Shown: positions 1 to 10,400 of the stretch, in pieces
Numbering within the stretch: position 1 is the stretch's first letter
Layout of the letters: each line of letters opens with the position of its first letter
NCBI GenBank assembly: GCA_965205265.1
Contig: CBDBGH010000003.1
Coordinates: forward strand, 2,400,001-2,464,000
Origin: Alphaproteobacteria bacterium
GTDB taxonomy: Bacteria > Pseudomonadota > Alphaproteobacteria > Bin95
Length of the DNA stretch: 64,000 nt
Direction: 5' to 3'
Program-made: the position numbers and the translations under genes
Notes under the pieces: model-generated
Databases searched by the model: none
Told to the model about the DNA's origin: nothing
Seen by the model: the letters and a program-made list of their open reading frames with translations, nothing else

Positions 1-587
1 TCGCGCCCTTTCCGGCGATACCGCTTGATACCCCGGCACGGGTTTGAGCCTTCCGGACGCAGACCCATCTTCTCCGCCTCCCTCATGATGACGGAAAGTA
101 TCGGCATGGACCTGTCGGCCGCGGATGGCGTGGCGCGCAGCGAGGCGAACCAGTTCTGGACGTCCCGCCGGGCGATGTCACCAATTTCGCAGGTCGCGAA
201 ATAGGGCATGATCTGATTCTTCAAATAGTGCCGGTTCGCATAAAGCGTTCCGGGCTTCCAGACCCGTTCGTAGCTCTGGAACACGGCCTCGGCGACGCTT
301 TCGAAGAGCGACTCGTCGGGCCTGCCGGGTGCTTCCTCTCCGCGCCGAACTGCTGCGAGAACTTCGCTCGCCGAGGCCCGCGCCTCCTTCACGCTCATCG
401 ACCCGCCATCGCCGACGATCTTCCAGACGCGCTCTCCTCGATGCTGACACTGGATGAAGTAGCGTTTCCGGCCGGAGGGTAGCACCCGGACGCCGAAACC
501 CCTGAGTTTGCCATCGCGGACGTCGCGGACCGTCTTGCGGGGTTGAAGCGCCTTGACGCGCGCTTCGGTGAGAGTGACATTCGCCAT
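1..587 (-). CDS. Tyrosine recombinase/integrase, N-terminal part (arm-binding and core-binding regions); runs off the window edge
   Basis: Manual translation from ATG 587: MANVTLTEARVKALQPRKTVRDVRDGKLRGFGVRVLPSGRKRYFIQ...SNPCRGIKRYRRKGR, open to position 1. The pattern is typical of phage/island integrases. Not in the ORF track. Confidence 0.85.
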   Translation of the reverse strand, partial: MANVTLTEARVKALQPRKTVRDVRDGKLRGFGVRVLPSGRKRYFIQCQHRGERVWKIVGDGGSMSVKEARASASEVLAAVRRGEEAPGRPDESLFESVAEAVFQSYERVWKPGTLYANRHYLKNQIMPYFATCEIGDIARRDVQNWFASLRATPSAADRSMPILSVIMREAEKMGLRPEGSNPCRGIKRYRRKGR

Positions 588-713
588 ACGTTGTCTCCCG
601 GCTCCTGTTGCAGCCGGGGAAGCGCCGGTGGCAGTATTCGTTCCCCAGTTGCAAATTTTTAGGAGAAAAAACGACGCTATTTCAGATAGTTAGCACCCGC
701 CGGTGCGAGGCCG

Positions 714-1475
714 GTGTCTAGGCTCCGCGTCCTGATCCTGGGCGGGACCGGAGAAGGAGCCGCAATCGCGCGCGCCCTGGAGGGAAAGGCCTCGATCGTG
801 AGTTCCCTTGCGGGCCGGACGCGGCGTCCGGCTGCGCTTGCGGGCGCAGTCAGGACCGGCGGCTTCGGCGGCGCCGAGGGCCTTGCGCGCTATCTCCGCG
901 AGCAGCGCATCGACCGGCTGATAGACGCAACGCACCCCTTTGCCGCGCGCATCTCCGCCAATGCGCGCGAGGCGGCGGAGCGGGCGGGCGTGCCCCGGCT
1001 TGCAGTCGAGCGGCCGATGTGGCGGCGGCAGCCGGGAGACCGCTGGATCTGCGTGGCCGACGCGGCGGCGGCCGCCCGGGCGCTGGCGGACCTGCCGGAC
1101 GCGGTGTTCCTGACGCTCGGCCCCGGCGACCTCGACGCCTTTGCGGGCCTGCGCGACCGGCAGTTCGTGCTGCGCCGCATCGACCCCGGCCCCTCGCCGC
1201 TCAAGGGTGCGGAGGTGGTGCTGGCGCGCGGCCCCTTCGGTCTCGCGGGGGAACGCAGGCTATTCGCGGACTACGGCGTGGGCGCGCTGGTGACGCGGGC
1301 TTCCGGCGGCCCGGCGACGGAAGCCAAGATCGCCGTGGCGCGCGAACGCGGCGTTCCGGTCGTGATGATTCGCCGCCCGCCGCCGGAACCGGGCCCGCGC
1401 GTTTCCGGTATCGAGGAGGCTGTCGCCTGGGCGCTTTCGGGGGCGCTCAGCAACGCCGGCAGCGGATCTTCCTGA
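714..1475 (+). CDS. cobK: Precorrin-6A/cobalt-precorrin-6A reductase
   Basis: LILGGTGEG, RTGGFGG, IDATHPFA and ARGPF motifs. Confidence 0.9.
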   Translation: MSRLRVLILGGTGEGAAIARALEGKASIVSSLAGRTRRPAALAGAVRTGGFGGAEGLARYLREQRIDRLIDATHPFAARISANAREAAERAGVPRLAVERPMWRRQPGDRWICVADAAAAARALADLPDAVFLTLGPGDLDAFAGLRDRQFVLRRIDPGPSPLKGAEVVLARGPFGLAGERRLFADYGVGALVTRASGGPATEAKIAVARERGVPVVMIRRPPPEPGPRVSGIEEAVAWALSGALSNAGSGSS

Positions 1476-1632
1476 ACACCTGGTCGCGGTCGCCGTCCGC
1501 GGCCAGCCAGTCCAGCAGGCAGCGCAGCGCCTTGCCGCGGTCCGGCAGCCGGTAGTCCTTCACCACATCGTCGAGCAGCGCGAGCATGTCGGGGTTCAGC
1601 TCGACCTCGACCGTCACCTTGTCACCGGCCAT
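1447..1632 (-). CDS. Small hypothetical protein, possibly ribbon-helix-helix-like
   Basis: 61 aa ORF with upstream GGAGGA RBS; sequence ends KALRCLLDW...IRCRRC. Confidence 0.6.
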   Translation of the reverse strand: MAGDKVTVEVELNPDMLALLDDVVKDYRLPDRGKALRCLLDWLAADGDRDQVFRKIRCRRC

Positions 1633-1647
1633 CGCCTGTCCTCCCCG

Positions 1648-1779
1648 CTACAGAAGCGTTGCCGCCAGAATGACCAGCAGGAGGATCACCCCGCCGGTGG
1701 ACCAGCCGAGGAACCTGCAGAAACCGACCCAGATATGCTGGTGGCGCGCCTCTTCGGCCGCTGCATTGTATTCCGCCAT
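1648..1779 (-). CDS. aa3-type cytochrome c oxidase subunit IV-like small membrane protein
   Basis: Manual translation MAEYNAAAEEARHQHIWVGFCRFLGWSTGGVILLLVILAATLL (43 aa): HxxxWxGF pattern plus one TM helix; GGAGG upstream. Confidence 0.65.
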   Translation of the reverse strand: MAEYNAAAEEARHQHIWVGFCRFLGWSTGGVILLLVILAATLL

Positions 1780-1839
1780 CGGACGCAAACCTCCCCCGCG
1801 AGACAAGCCGTCGGCACTATAGCCGCACGCCTGTTGCCC

Positions 1840-2463
1840 TCACTGCGACGGATTGACCGGCGAACGGTCCGGATCGACCGCCACGACCCGCTCGTTCTCC
1901 ACTCTCACGCGGCCTTCCGCAATCCAGCCGACCGCCAGCGGCAGCACATGGTGCTCGCGCGCAAGCACGCGGGCGGCCAACGTTTCTTCCGTGTCGTCCG
2001 GGCGCACCGGCACCGCCGCCTGGAGGATAATCGGCCCGGCGTCCAGCTCCGCGCGGACGAAATGCACCGTGCAGCCATGCCAGCGCACACCGGCCTCCAG
2101 AGCGCGCCTGTGCGTATCGAGGCCCCGGAACGCCGGCAGCAGCGAGGGGTGGATATTGACGGACCGGTCGCGCCAGCGATCCACGAACCCCGCCCCGAGC
2201 ACGCGCATGAAGCCCGCCAGCACGACGAGCTCCGCCCCCGCCGCCCGAAGCCCGGCATCCAGCGCATCCTCGAACGCCTCGCGGCCGGCGAAATCGCCGT
2301 GCGGCAGGGTCAATGCGGGCACGCCTGCCGCCTCAGCCCTCGCGAGGCCCTGTGCTCCTGCAACATTGGAAATCGCCACGGCGACCTTCCAGGAGGCCGC
2401 GCGCGCATCCAGCAGCGCCTGGAGGTTGCTGCCCCTGCCGGACAGCAGCACACCGACCTTCAC
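1840..2463 (-). CDS. purN: Phosphoribosylglycinamide formyltransferase
   Basis: [29 protein letters not shown] and GCTVHFV motifs; GTG start overlaps the purM stop. Confidence 0.95.
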   Translation of the reverse strand: MKVGVLLSGRGSNLQALLDARAASWKVAVAISNVAGAQGLARAEAAGVPALTLPHGDFAGREAFEDALDAGLRAAGAELVVLAGFMRVLGAGFVDRWRDRSVNIHPSLLPAFRGLDTHRRALEAGVRWHGCTVHFVRAELDAGPIILQAAVPVRPDDTEETLAARVLAREHHVLPLAVGWIAEGRVRVENERVVAVDPDRSPVNPSQ

Positions 2464-3506
2464 CGCCGCCACCCTTCCAGGCCGTCGAGCGTGACGCCCT
2501 CGCCTTCCACGACCTCGCCGATGCGGAAGACCGTCTCGCCCGCCGCCTCGAAACATGCCGCCAGCGCGTCGGCCCGCTCCGCTTCGACCGCAACGGTCAT
2601 GCCGATGCCGCAATTGAAGGTGCGGGCGAGCTCCGCCGGCGCGACACGGCCCGCAAGCCACGCGAAGACGGGCGGCAGGGGCCAGGCGGCGCCGTCGATC
2701 CGCATGGCGAGGCCCGGCGGCAGGCCGCGCGGCGGGTTCTCCACCAGGCCGCCGCCGGTGATATGCGCCAGCGCCCGGACCCCGCCTTCGGCGAGCGCCG
2801 CCAGCACGGGGCGGACATAGATGCGCGTCGGCCGGAGCAGCGCCTCGCCGAGCGGCGTGTCCTGGAAGGGCGACGGATCCCCGAGGTCGAGGCCTTCCCG
2901 CTCGACGATGCGGCGGACGAGCGAGAAGCCGTTGGCGTGCAGGCCGTCCGAGGCGAGGCCCAGAACGGCGTCTCCCGGCCGGGCCCCGGGCCGTTCCATC
3001 CGTTCGCGCTCGACCGCGCCGACGGCGAAACCCGCGAGGTCGTAGCGCCCGTCGGGATAGAAGCCCGGCATTTCCGCCGTCTCGCCGCCGATGAGCGCGC
3101 AGCCGGCGGCAATGCAGCCCTCCGCAATGCCTTCCACCACTGCCGCCGCCGCATCCGCGTCCAGCGCGCCGGTCGCGAAATAGTCGAGAAAAAACAGCGG
3201 CTCCGCCCCCTGCGCGGCGAGGTCGTTGACGCACATCGCCACGAGATCGATGCCGACGCCGCGATGGCGGCCGAGCGCCTGGGCGACCTCCAGCTTGGTG
3301 CCGACCCCGTCGGTTGCGGCCACCAGCACGGGATCGCGGAACCCGGCCGCGCGGAGGTCGAAGAAGCCGCCGAAACCGCCGAGCCGCGCATCCGCGCCCG
3401 GCCGCGCCGTTCGCGCCGCTGCTGGCGCGATGCGGCGCACCAGCGCTTCTCCGGCGTCGATATCGACGCCGGCCGTCTTGTAGGTCGTGCCTTCGCTGCT
3501 CGCCAT
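2460..3506 (-). CDS. purM: Phosphoribosylformylglycinamidine cyclo-ligase
   Basis: [34 protein letters not shown] and RTFNCGIG motifs. Confidence 0.95.
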   Translation of the reverse strand: MASSEGTTYKTAGVDIDAGEALVRRIAPAAARTARPGADARLGGFGGFFDLRAAGFRDPVLVAATDGVGTKLEVAQALGRHRGVGIDLVAMCVNDLAAQGAEPLFFLDYFATGALDADAAAAVVEGIAEGCIAAGCALIGGETAEMPGFYPDGRYDLAGFAVGAVERERMERPGARPGDAVLGLASDGLHANGFSLVRRIVEREGLDLGDPSPFQDTPLGEALLRPTRIYVRPVLAALAEGGVRALAHITGGGLVENPPRGLPPGLAMRIDGAAWPLPPVFAWLAGRVAPAELARTFNCGIGMTVAVEAERADALAACFEAAGETVFRIGEVVEGEGVTLDGLEGWRR

Positions 3507-3563
3507 GTTCCCTCGGGGGCGGTATAGTCCGGGCCGACAATATCCATCGGGCGAAGAGGCGCA

Positions 3564-4757
3564 ATGCGAGCGTTGTTCGGGCCGGCGGCGGCGACGACGC
3601 CGCCATCCCTGAGATTCGCCGCGTTGCGCGCGGCGGCGGCGATGACGCCGCCATCCCTGCAAACTGCCGCGTTGCACGCGGCGGCGATCCTTGCATCGCT
3701 TGCGGTCCTGTTGCCGGGCGGGCCGGCCGCCGCGAAGGTCGATCTCTATACGGTGCAGGGTATTTCCGTGGATGAGTCGGCGCCCTCGACCGCCCAGGCG
3801 AAGCGGGCCGCCATGGCCGAGGCCCGCGCGGAAGCCTTCGACACCCTCCTGCGCCGCCTGACGCTTCGCAGCGACCATGACCGGCTGCCGAACGCGGACC
3901 CCGAAGCTGCAGCGGCGGCGATGCGCAGCGTGCAGGTTCTGGATGAGCGCCAGTCGCCAGTGCGCTATATCGCGCGCGTCTCCATCGGCTTCCACCCCGA
4001 GCCGGTGCGCGCGCTGCTGCGGGAGGCCGGCATCCCGTTTTCGGAGGCCGTAAGCGGTCCCGTGGCGGTCTTTCCCGTCTATGACTGGGGGCCGCTGCGC
4101 CTCCTGTTCGAGGACGCCAACCCCTGGCGCGCGGCCTGGGCGCAGCGCCCGGCGGCGAACGAGCCGGTGCCGCTGGCGCTGCCGGCGCCCGGCGACCCCG
4201 CCATGCCTGCGGCGGACAGCGCGGCAGAGGGCGACCGCGCCCGCCTGTTGCAGGCGGCCGTCCGCATGGGCGCCCGGCGCGCGCTGGTCGCCCATGCCGT
4301 TTATCGCCTGGACGGACAGAGCCCCCGCCCGGTGCTGGAGGTCGCGCTCAGGCGCTTCGGGGCGGGCGAGGCGGCGGCGGCCGGGATGCTGCGCATCGAA
4401 GGCCGGCCCGGGGAAACGGTGGAGAGCCTCTGCGCGCGCGCCGCGGCCGCGGCGGCGACGCAAATCCAGGAAAGCTGGAAGCGCGCCAATCTGGTCGCAG
4501 CCGACACGCCGGCGGAGCCGTTCGAGGCGACGGCATCGCTCGGCGGGCTCGGCGACCTCATCGCGGTGAAGGATGCGCTCAAGGCGGCCGGCGGCGTGCG
4601 GCAGGTCCGGCTCGTCGAACTCGCCCGCAGCCGGGCGGTCTTCCGGTTCCGCTTCGCGGGCGGTGCGGAGCGCCTCGGCGGCGTGCTGGAACGACAGGGC
4701 CTCGCGCTCGAACGGGGCGGCGGCAATGCCTGGACGCTCCGCCCGCTGGACCGCTGA
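3564..4757 (+). CDS. DUF2066-like exported protein
   Basis: Signal-like N-terminus, [10 protein letters not shown]...[11 protein letters not shown]; position divergent from purM is conserved in alphaproteobacteria. Confidence 0.65.
   Translation: MRALFGPAAATTPPSLRFAALRAAAAMTPPSLQTAALHAAAILASLAVLLPGGPAAAKVDLYTVQGISVDESAPSTAQAKRAAMAEARAEAFDTLLRRLTLRSDHDRLPNADPEAAAAAMRSVQVLDERQSPVRYIARVSIGFHPEPVRALLREAGIPFSEAVSGPVAVFPVYDWGPLRLLFEDANPWRAAWAQRPAANEPVPLALPAPGDPAMPAADSAAEGDRARLLQAAVRMGARRALVAHAVYRLDGQSPRPVLEVALRRFGAGEAAAAGMLRIEGRPGETVESLCARAAAAAATQIQESWKRANLVAADTPAEPFEATASLGGLGDLIAVKDALKAAGGVRQVRLVELARSRAVFRFRFAGGAERLGGVLERQGLALERGGGNAWTLRPLDR
3585..3680 (+). repeat. Two imperfect 48-bp tandem units inside the 5' end of the DUF2066-like gene
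   Basis: gcggcggcgacgacgccgccatccctgagattcgccgcgttgcgcgcg followed by gcggcggcgatgacgccgccatccctgcaaactgccgcgttgcacgcg. Confidence 0.85.
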
Positions 4758-4775
4758 GGCCGGCGCGACCGGGCG

Positions 4776-5333
4776 ATGACCTGGCCGAACGCGATCACGC
4801 TTGCCCGCTTGCTGGCGGTGCCGCTGGCCGTCTGGCTGGTAGTGCGCGGCTGGTACGAGGCGGCGCTCTGGCTGTTCCTGCTCGCCGGCCTTTCCGACGC
4901 CGTGGACGGCTGGCTGGCGCGACGGCTCGGGCAGGTGTCCCGCCTCGGCAGCCTGCTCGACCCGGTCGCCGACAAGGCGCTGCTGGTCTCGGTCTTCATC
5001 TCCCTCGGCGTCCGCGACCTGCTGCCCGCCTGGCTCGTGATCCTGGTGGTGTTCCGCGACGCGCTGATCGTCTCCGGCTGGCTGCTCGGCCAGATGCTCA
5101 TGCCGTCCGCCCAGCCGGTGCGGCCGCACTGGACGAGCAAGCTGAACACCTGCGTGCAGCTTGCCTTCGCCGCGGGCGTGCTCGCCATGCTGGCCTGGCA
5201 GTTCCATATCCCGGTCGCCCTGGAGGCCGCCTGCGCCGTCGTCGGCGTGACGACGGCCGTGTCCGGCGGGGTCTATGTCGTCACCTGGATGCGCGGCATG
5301 ATGCGGCTCGAACGCGGAGGCGGTGCGGCGTGA
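4776..5333 (+). CDS. CDP-alcohol phosphatidyltransferase (PgsA-like)
   Basis: PNAITLAR and [27 protein letters not shown] signature. Confidence 0.9.
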   Translation: MTWPNAITLARLLAVPLAVWLVVRGWYEAALWLFLLAGLSDAVDGWLARRLGQVSRLGSLLDPVADKALLVSVFISLGVRDLLPAWLVILVVFRDALIVSGWLLGQMLMPSAQPVRPHWTSKLNTCVQLAFAAGVLAMLAWQFHIPVALEAACAVVGVTTAVSGGVYVVTWMRGMMRLERGGGAA

Positions 5334-6394
5334 GTCCTGCGAAGCAAACCGGAGTCTGGCTTCTTGTCGCGCTCGGGGCGGTGCTCTTCCTCGCGCTTTT
5401 CCAGGACATATTGCTGCCCTTCGTCGCCGGCATCGCCATCGCCTATTTCCTCGATCCGCTTGTTGACCGGCTGGAGCGGCGCGGCGTCGGGCGGACGGTC
5501 GGGGCCCTGCTCGTGCTCGCCGGCTTCGCAGTGGCGAGCTTCGGCATGCTGCTGCTGCTCGTGCCGGTGGTGAACGCCCAGCTCGGCGGTCTCGCCGCCG
5601 CGCTGCCCGGCTATATCGAGACCCTGGAGCAGGCCGTCTCGCGGGTGACGGCGCGGCTGCAGGCGGAGTTCTCGCCGGAGGACATGGAGGGCATCCGCCG
5701 GGCGCTGGCCGGCCATGTCGCCACCGCCGCCGGCTGGGCGGGCGAGATCGCCGGGCGCGTGCTGGGCAGCGGGCTCGCGATCGTCAACCTGCTCGGCCTC
5801 GCGATCGTCACGCCCGTCGTCGCCTTCTACCTGCTGCGCGACTGGGACCGGATCGTCTCCGCCATGGACGGCCTGCTGCCGCGCCGGAGCGCGCCCGTCA
5901 TCCGCAAGCAGGCGGCGCTGATCGACGCCACGCTTGCCGGCTTCGTGCGCGGCCAGGCCACGGTCTGCATCCTGCTCGGCCTCGGCTACGGGTGCCTGCT
6001 GATGCTCGCCGGGCTCGATTTCGGCTTCATCGTCGGCATCTTCTCGGGCCTGGTTTCCTTCATCCCCTATGTCGGCAGCGTGCTGGGCGGGTTGATTTCC
6101 ATCGGGCTCGCGCTCGATCAGTTCGAGTCGCTCTGGCGGGTGGCGCTGGTCGCCGCGATCTTCGTCGCCGGGCAGGCCGTCGAGGGCAACTATCTCACCC
6201 CGAAGCTGGTGGGAGACCGGGTGGGCCTGCATCCGGTCTGGGTGATCTTCGCGCTGTTTGCCGGCGGGTCGCTGCTGGGCTTCGTCGGCATGCTGGTCGC
6301 CCTGCCGGCGGCTGCGGCCATCGGGGTGCTGGCGCGCTTCGCCATCGAGCAATACCGGGAGAGCCGCCTTTATGGCTCCGATGACGCGCCTTAG
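5330..6394 (+). CDS. AI-2E/PerM family transporter
   Basis: Multiple TM segments; FIPYVG and [18 protein letters not shown]. Confidence 0.9.
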   Translation: MSPAKQTGVWLLVALGAVLFLALFQDILLPFVAGIAIAYFLDPLVDRLERRGVGRTVGALLVLAGFAVASFGMLLLLVPVVNAQLGGLAAALPGYIETLEQAVSRVTARLQAEFSPEDMEGIRRALAGHVATAAGWAGEIAGRVLGSGLAIVNLLGLAIVTPVVAFYLLRDWDRIVSAMDGLLPRRSAPVIRKQAALIDATLAGFVRGQATVCILLGLGYGCLLMLAGLDFGFIVGIFSGLVSFIPYVGSVLGGLISIGLALDQFESLWRVALVAAIFVAGQAVEGNYLTPKLVGDRVGLHPVWVIFALFAGGSLLGFVGMLVALPAAAAIGVLARFAIEQYRESRLYGSDDAP

Positions 6395-6659
6395 CCCGCA
6401 TTTCTCACCAGGGTCATGGTCTGCGCGGCGCTGTCGGGCCGGCAGGGTAGGAGAGCCGCGCCGCGCGATGCGGGGCATCGGGCAAGCGGCTCGACGCAGC
6501 CTGCCGGCCCGACAGCGCCGCCTTTCGGGTCGTGCCCAGGCGTCCGCCCGCGGCGTCGCGGCCCTCAAGCGTAGGCTCCGCTACGCTTTTCGGCCCACTC
6601 CTTGCGGAGCGAACGCCTGGACAGCGACGCAGGCCGTGACCCTGGTGAGAAATGCGGGC
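6394..6659. mobile_element. Non-autonomous MITE-like element (266 bp) with terminal inverted repeats and TA duplication
   Basis: Perfect 25-bp inverted repeat tagcccgcatttctcaccagggtca (6392-6416) / tgaccctggtgagaaatgcgggcta (6637-6661), including the flanking TA; no transposase inside. Confidence 0.85.
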
Positions 6660-7365
6660 TAGTCGGCAATTCGTCCTGCATCTCGGCCACCGCGCGGCCA
6701 TGGGCGCCGAGGACTTTCTGGTCGCCGACAGCAATGCCGAAGCGGTGTCCTGGATCGACCGCTGGCCGGACTGGCCGGCCCCGGCGCTGACGGTCTGGGG
6801 GCCGGCGGGTTCGGGCAAGACGCATCTCGCCCATGTCTGGCGCGCAAGGAGCGGCGCCGTCACGGTCCCGCCGGCGGCGCTGGCGGAGGCCAATCCGGTC
6901 AACCTGCTCGGCGGGCGCGAGCATCTCGTCATCGACGGGGCGGACGGCGCGGTGGACGAGCTTGCCCTGCTGCATCTCTACAACCTGCTGGCGGGACGGG
7001 GCGGCTCGCTGCTGTTGACGGCGGCCGCGCCGCCCTCGCGCTGGGAACTCAGGACCGCGGACCTCGCCTCGCGCCTCGCGGCCGGCCCGGCCGTCGCCAT
7101 CCGCCCGCCCGACGACCGCCTGCTCGAAGCCGTGCTCGCCAAGCAATTCGCCGACCGGCAGATCGGGATCGGCCAGGAGGTGCTCGACCTGCTGCTTCGG
7201 CGCATCGAGCGCAGTTTCGCCGCGGCGCGTCGTGCGGTAGATATTCTGGACCGCGCCGCACTGGCCGGCCGGCGCCGCATCACCGCGGGCCTCGTGCGGG
7301 AACTGCTTGCCGAAGGGGCATTCGAACAGGGGGAGGACAGTCATGGATCTCGGAATCGCGGGTAA
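6652..7365 (+). CDS. hdaA: DnaA regulatory inactivator HdaA/Hda
   Basis: QFVL clamp-binding-like N-terminus, DFLVADSNAEA, Walker A GPAGSGKT, DLASRL; the present ATG lies inside the MITE end. Confidence 0.85.
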   Translation: MRASRQFVLHLGHRAAMGAEDFLVADSNAEAVSWIDRWPDWPAPALTVWGPAGSGKTHLAHVWRARSGAVTVPPAALAEANPVNLLGGREHLVIDGADGAVDELALLHLYNLLAGRGGSLLLTAAAPPSRWELRTADLASRLAAGPAVAIRPPDDRLLEAVLAKQFADRQIGIGQEVLDLLLRRIERSFAAARRAVDILDRAALAGRRRITAGLVRELLAEGAFEQGEDSHGSRNRG

Positions 7366-8122
7366 GCGGGCCATTGTCGGCGCCGCCAGCAAGGGGCTCG
7401 GCAAGGGCTGCGCCATGGCGCTCGCCGAGGAGGGCGTGCATCTGGTCATCAACGCCCGCACGGCCTCGGAACTCGAGGCGACGGCGGAGGAAATCCGCGC
7501 CGCCGCCGGCGTCGAGGTGAAGGCCGTCGCCGGCGACATCACGCAGCCCGAGGTCCGGCAGGCGATCCTCGCCGCTTGCCCCGAACCGGACATACTGGTG
7601 ACCAATGCCGGCGGCCCGGCGCCCGGCAATTTCCGCACCGACACGCGCGAGCGCTGGCTCGCGGCGCTGGAGGCCCAGCTTCTCGGCCATGCCGAGATGA
7701 TTACCGCTGTGGTGGACGGCATGGCCGAGCGCGGCTTCGGGCGGATCGTCAACATCACCTCGCAATCGACCAAGATGCCGGTGCCCAATCTCGGCCTCTC
7801 GACATCGGCGCGCCTGGCGCTCCAGGGCTTCTGCAACACCATCTGCCGCGAGGTCGTGGACCGCAATGTCGTCATCAACAACCTGCTGCCGGGGCCGTTC
7901 GACACCGACCGGCTGCAAAGCGGCATCGTCCATGCAGCAAAGCAGGCCGGCATCGACGTGGACGCAGCGCGCAAGCAGCGCATGGCCGCAACGCCGGCCG
8001 GGCGTTTCGGCACGGCCGAGGAGTTCGGCAAGGTCTGCGCCTTTCTCTGCAGCGAGCATGTCGGCTTCATGACCGCCAACAGCGTGCTGATGGACGGCGG
8101 GCTCTATCCGGGGACCTTCTGA
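7343..8122 (+). CDS. SDR family oxidoreductase (3-oxoacyl-ACP reductase-like)
   Basis: MDLGIAGKRAIVGAASKGLG, TNAGGP, GRIVNITS; GGAGGA RBS. Confidence 0.9.
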   Translation: MDLGIAGKRAIVGAASKGLGKGCAMALAEEGVHLVINARTASELEATAEEIRAAAGVEVKAVAGDITQPEVRQAILAACPEPDILVTNAGGPAPGNFRTDTRERWLAALEAQLLGHAEMITAVVDGMAERGFGRIVNITSQSTKMPVPNLGLSTSARLALQGFCNTICREVVDRNVVINNLLPGPFDTDRLQSGIVHAAKQAGIDVDAARKQRMAATPAGRFGTAEEFGKVCAFLCSEHVGFMTANSVLMDGGLYPGTF

Positions 8123-8193
8123 GCCGTGCGCGGCGCGGCCATTCGCGCTCCGCAGCGCAGAGGCGGCGCGGCGGCGCGGGAAGCGGGACGGAT

Positions 8194-8796
8194 ATGCTGA
8201 GAGCGGGCGATCTCGACCATTTCGTGCACGCGCTCGGCCGTGCGGTGCGAGAGGCGGTGCCGCCGGGCGGGCCGGAAGCGGCGCTTGCGGCGCGCATATT
8301 CGATGCGCTGGAGACGCCGGGAGAACTGCCGCCCGACGGTCTGAAGCCGAGCCGCCCCGCCCCGGCCGAGGCGCTGGACGCGGCATTCGCGCTCGCGGCG
8401 CAGGGGCCGGAGCCGGTGCAGCATGCGGCGGGCGCGCTCCGGGCGATGGACCCCCGGCTGGCATGGGGGCCGAGGCTCGGCAGCGAGGACGACCCGGCCT
8501 TCCGCAAGGCCCATGCCAACGCCGTGCTGACGGGCGCGGACGGTCTCGAACGGCGCGAGGATGTCCGCGTCGGGGTAAGTCTTGTGGCGCCGCACACCGA
8601 CTATCCGAGGCACAACCACCCGCCGGAGGAGCTCTATTTCGTGCTCGCGCCCGGCGACTGGTGGCGCGAGGACCTGGGCTGGCGGGCGCGGCCGGCGGGC
8701 AGCATCCAGCACAACCCGCCCCATGCCTGGCACGCCATGCGCACGGGCGAAACGCCGCTGCTCGCCGTCTGGTGCCTCTGGACGGCGGACGCCTGA
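8194..8796 (+). CDS. Cupin, dimethylsulfoniopropionate lyase family (DddL/DddQ-like)
   Basis: YPRHNHPPEELY and HNPPHAWHAMRTGETPLLAVW cupin motifs. Confidence 0.75.
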   Translation: MLRAGDLDHFVHALGRAVREAVPPGGPEAALAARIFDALETPGELPPDGLKPSRPAPAEALDAAFALAAQGPEPVQHAAGALRAMDPRLAWGPRLGSEDDPAFRKAHANAVLTGADGLERREDVRVGVSLVAPHTDYPRHNHPPEELYFVLAPGDWWREDLGWRARPAGSIQHNPPHAWHAMRTGETPLLAVWCLWTADA

Positions 8797-8860
8797 CGCC
8801 CGCGGCGAGAGGCGGGCATGGCGGTTCCGGCCATGACCGCTCAGTGAAATCCGGGCTAGA

Positions 8861-10126
8861 ATGGCCGCAATGCAGCGTTATTCGATCTTTTCGCTTCTGA
8901 GGGGCGCGCTCTCCGGGCATCGGGACTGGAAGCCGGCCTGGCGCGCGCCGGCGCCGAAACCCTCCTACGACGTCGTCATCGTCGGCGGCGGGGGACACGG
9001 CCTCGCCACCGCCTACTACCTCGCCCGCAACCACGGCATCGCGAATGTCGCCGTGCTGGAGCGCGGCTGGATCGGCGGCGGCAATACCGGTCGCAACACC
9101 ACCATCGTACGGTCCAACTACCTGCTGCCGGAAAACCAGCGTTTCTACGAACATTCGCTGAAGCTCTGGGAAGGGCTGAGCCGCGACCTCAACTACAATG
9201 TGATGTTCTCGCCACGCGGCGTCATCAACGTCTTCCACACCGACGCCCAGCGCGATTACTGGGTGCGCCGGCACAACGGCATGCGCTACGCCGGCATAGA
9301 CGCGGAACTGCTGACCCGTGCCGACCTGGCGCGGCTCGTCCCGGCGCTCAACCTCTCGCCGGACATCCGCCATCCCATCGTCGGCGGCGTGATGCAGCCG
9401 CGCGGCGGCGTCGCCCGCCACGACGCCGTCGCGTGGGGCTATGCGCGCGCCGCAGACGCGCTCGGGGTGGACATCATCCAGGACTGCGAGGTGACCGGCA
9501 TCGACATCCAGTCCGGCAGGGTGGCGGGGCTGCAGACCAGCCGCGGACCCATCGGGGCCGGCCGGGTCGGCCTTGCCGTCGCCGGGCATTCCTCGCGCCT
9601 TGCGGAAATGGCGGGCATCCGCCTGCCCATCGAGACGCATCTGCTGACCGCGACGGTCTCGGAGCCGGTCAAACCCTTTATCGACACCGTCGTCTCGATC
9701 GCCGCAACGCATGCCTATGTGAGCCAGACCGACAAGGGCGAAGTGCTGATCGGCGGCAGCCTGGACGGCTACAATTCCTGGTCGCAGCGCGGCAGCCCGG
9801 CGCGCCTGGAGGACATACTGGCGTCGGTCTCGGAATATTTCCCGCGCGTCTCGCGCCTGCGCCAGCTACGGCACTGGGCAGGCGTCATGGACATGAGCAT
9901 GGACGGGAGTCCCATCATCGCCAAACTGCCGGTGGAGGGCCTCGCCATGACCGGCGGCTGGTGCTACGGCGGCTTCAAGGCCACGCCCGCCTCCGGCTGG
10001 TGCCTCGCCTGGACGCTCGCCAACGACGCCCCGCATGCGCTGAATGCGCCGTTCTCGCTCGAGCGCTTCCGCACCGGCGCCGTGCTGGACGAGAACGGCG
10101 CCGGACCCGTGGCGTGGGGACATTGA
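8861..10126 (+). CDS. soxB: Sarcosine oxidase subunit beta
   Basis: GGGGHGLATAYYLA, GGGNTGRNTTIVRSNY, ARHDAVAWGYAR. Confidence 0.92.
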   Translation: MAAMQRYSIFSLLRGALSGHRDWKPAWRAPAPKPSYDVVIVGGGGHGLATAYYLARNHGIANVAVLERGWIGGGNTGRNTTIVRSNYLLPENQRFYEHSLKLWEGLSRDLNYNVMFSPRGVINVFHTDAQRDYWVRRHNGMRYAGIDAELLTRADLARLVPALNLSPDIRHPIVGGVMQPRGGVARHDAVAWGYARAADALGVDIIQDCEVTGIDIQSGRVAGLQTSRGPIGAGRVGLAVAGHSSRLAEMAGIRLPIETHLLTATVSEPVKPFIDTVVSIAATHAYVSQTDKGEVLIGGSLDGYNSWSQRGSPARLEDILASVSEYFPRVSRLRQLRHWAGVMDMSMDGSPIIAKLPVEGLAMTGGWCYGGFKATPASGWCLAWTLANDAPHALNAPFSLERFRTGAVLDENGAGPVAWGH

Positions 10127-10139
10127 GGGGACGCGGACC

Positions 10140-10400
10140 ATGCTTCTGATACCCTGCCCTTTCTGCGGTGCGCGCGACGAGACGGAGTTCGCCTATGGCG
10201 GCGAAGCCGGAATCGAGCGCCCGGCGGACCCCGAGGCCGCAACCGACGAGGCCTGGACGGACTATCTCTGCTTCCACGACAACCCGAAGGGTCCGCATCG
10301 CGAGCTCTGGTTCCACCGCGACGGCTGCCGGCGCTGGCTGGAGGTCGAACGCGACACCTACAGCTACGATCTGGGCGCGGTGCGGCTGAGCCGGCCATGA
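10140..10400 (+). CDS. soxD: Sarcosine oxidase subunit delta
   Basis: MLLIPCPFCGARDETEFAYGG...HRDGCRRW. Confidence 0.92.
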   Translation: MLLIPCPFCGARDETEFAYGGEAGIERPADPEAATDEAWTDYLCFHDNPKGPHRELWFHRDGCRRWLEVERDTYSYDLGAVRLSRP

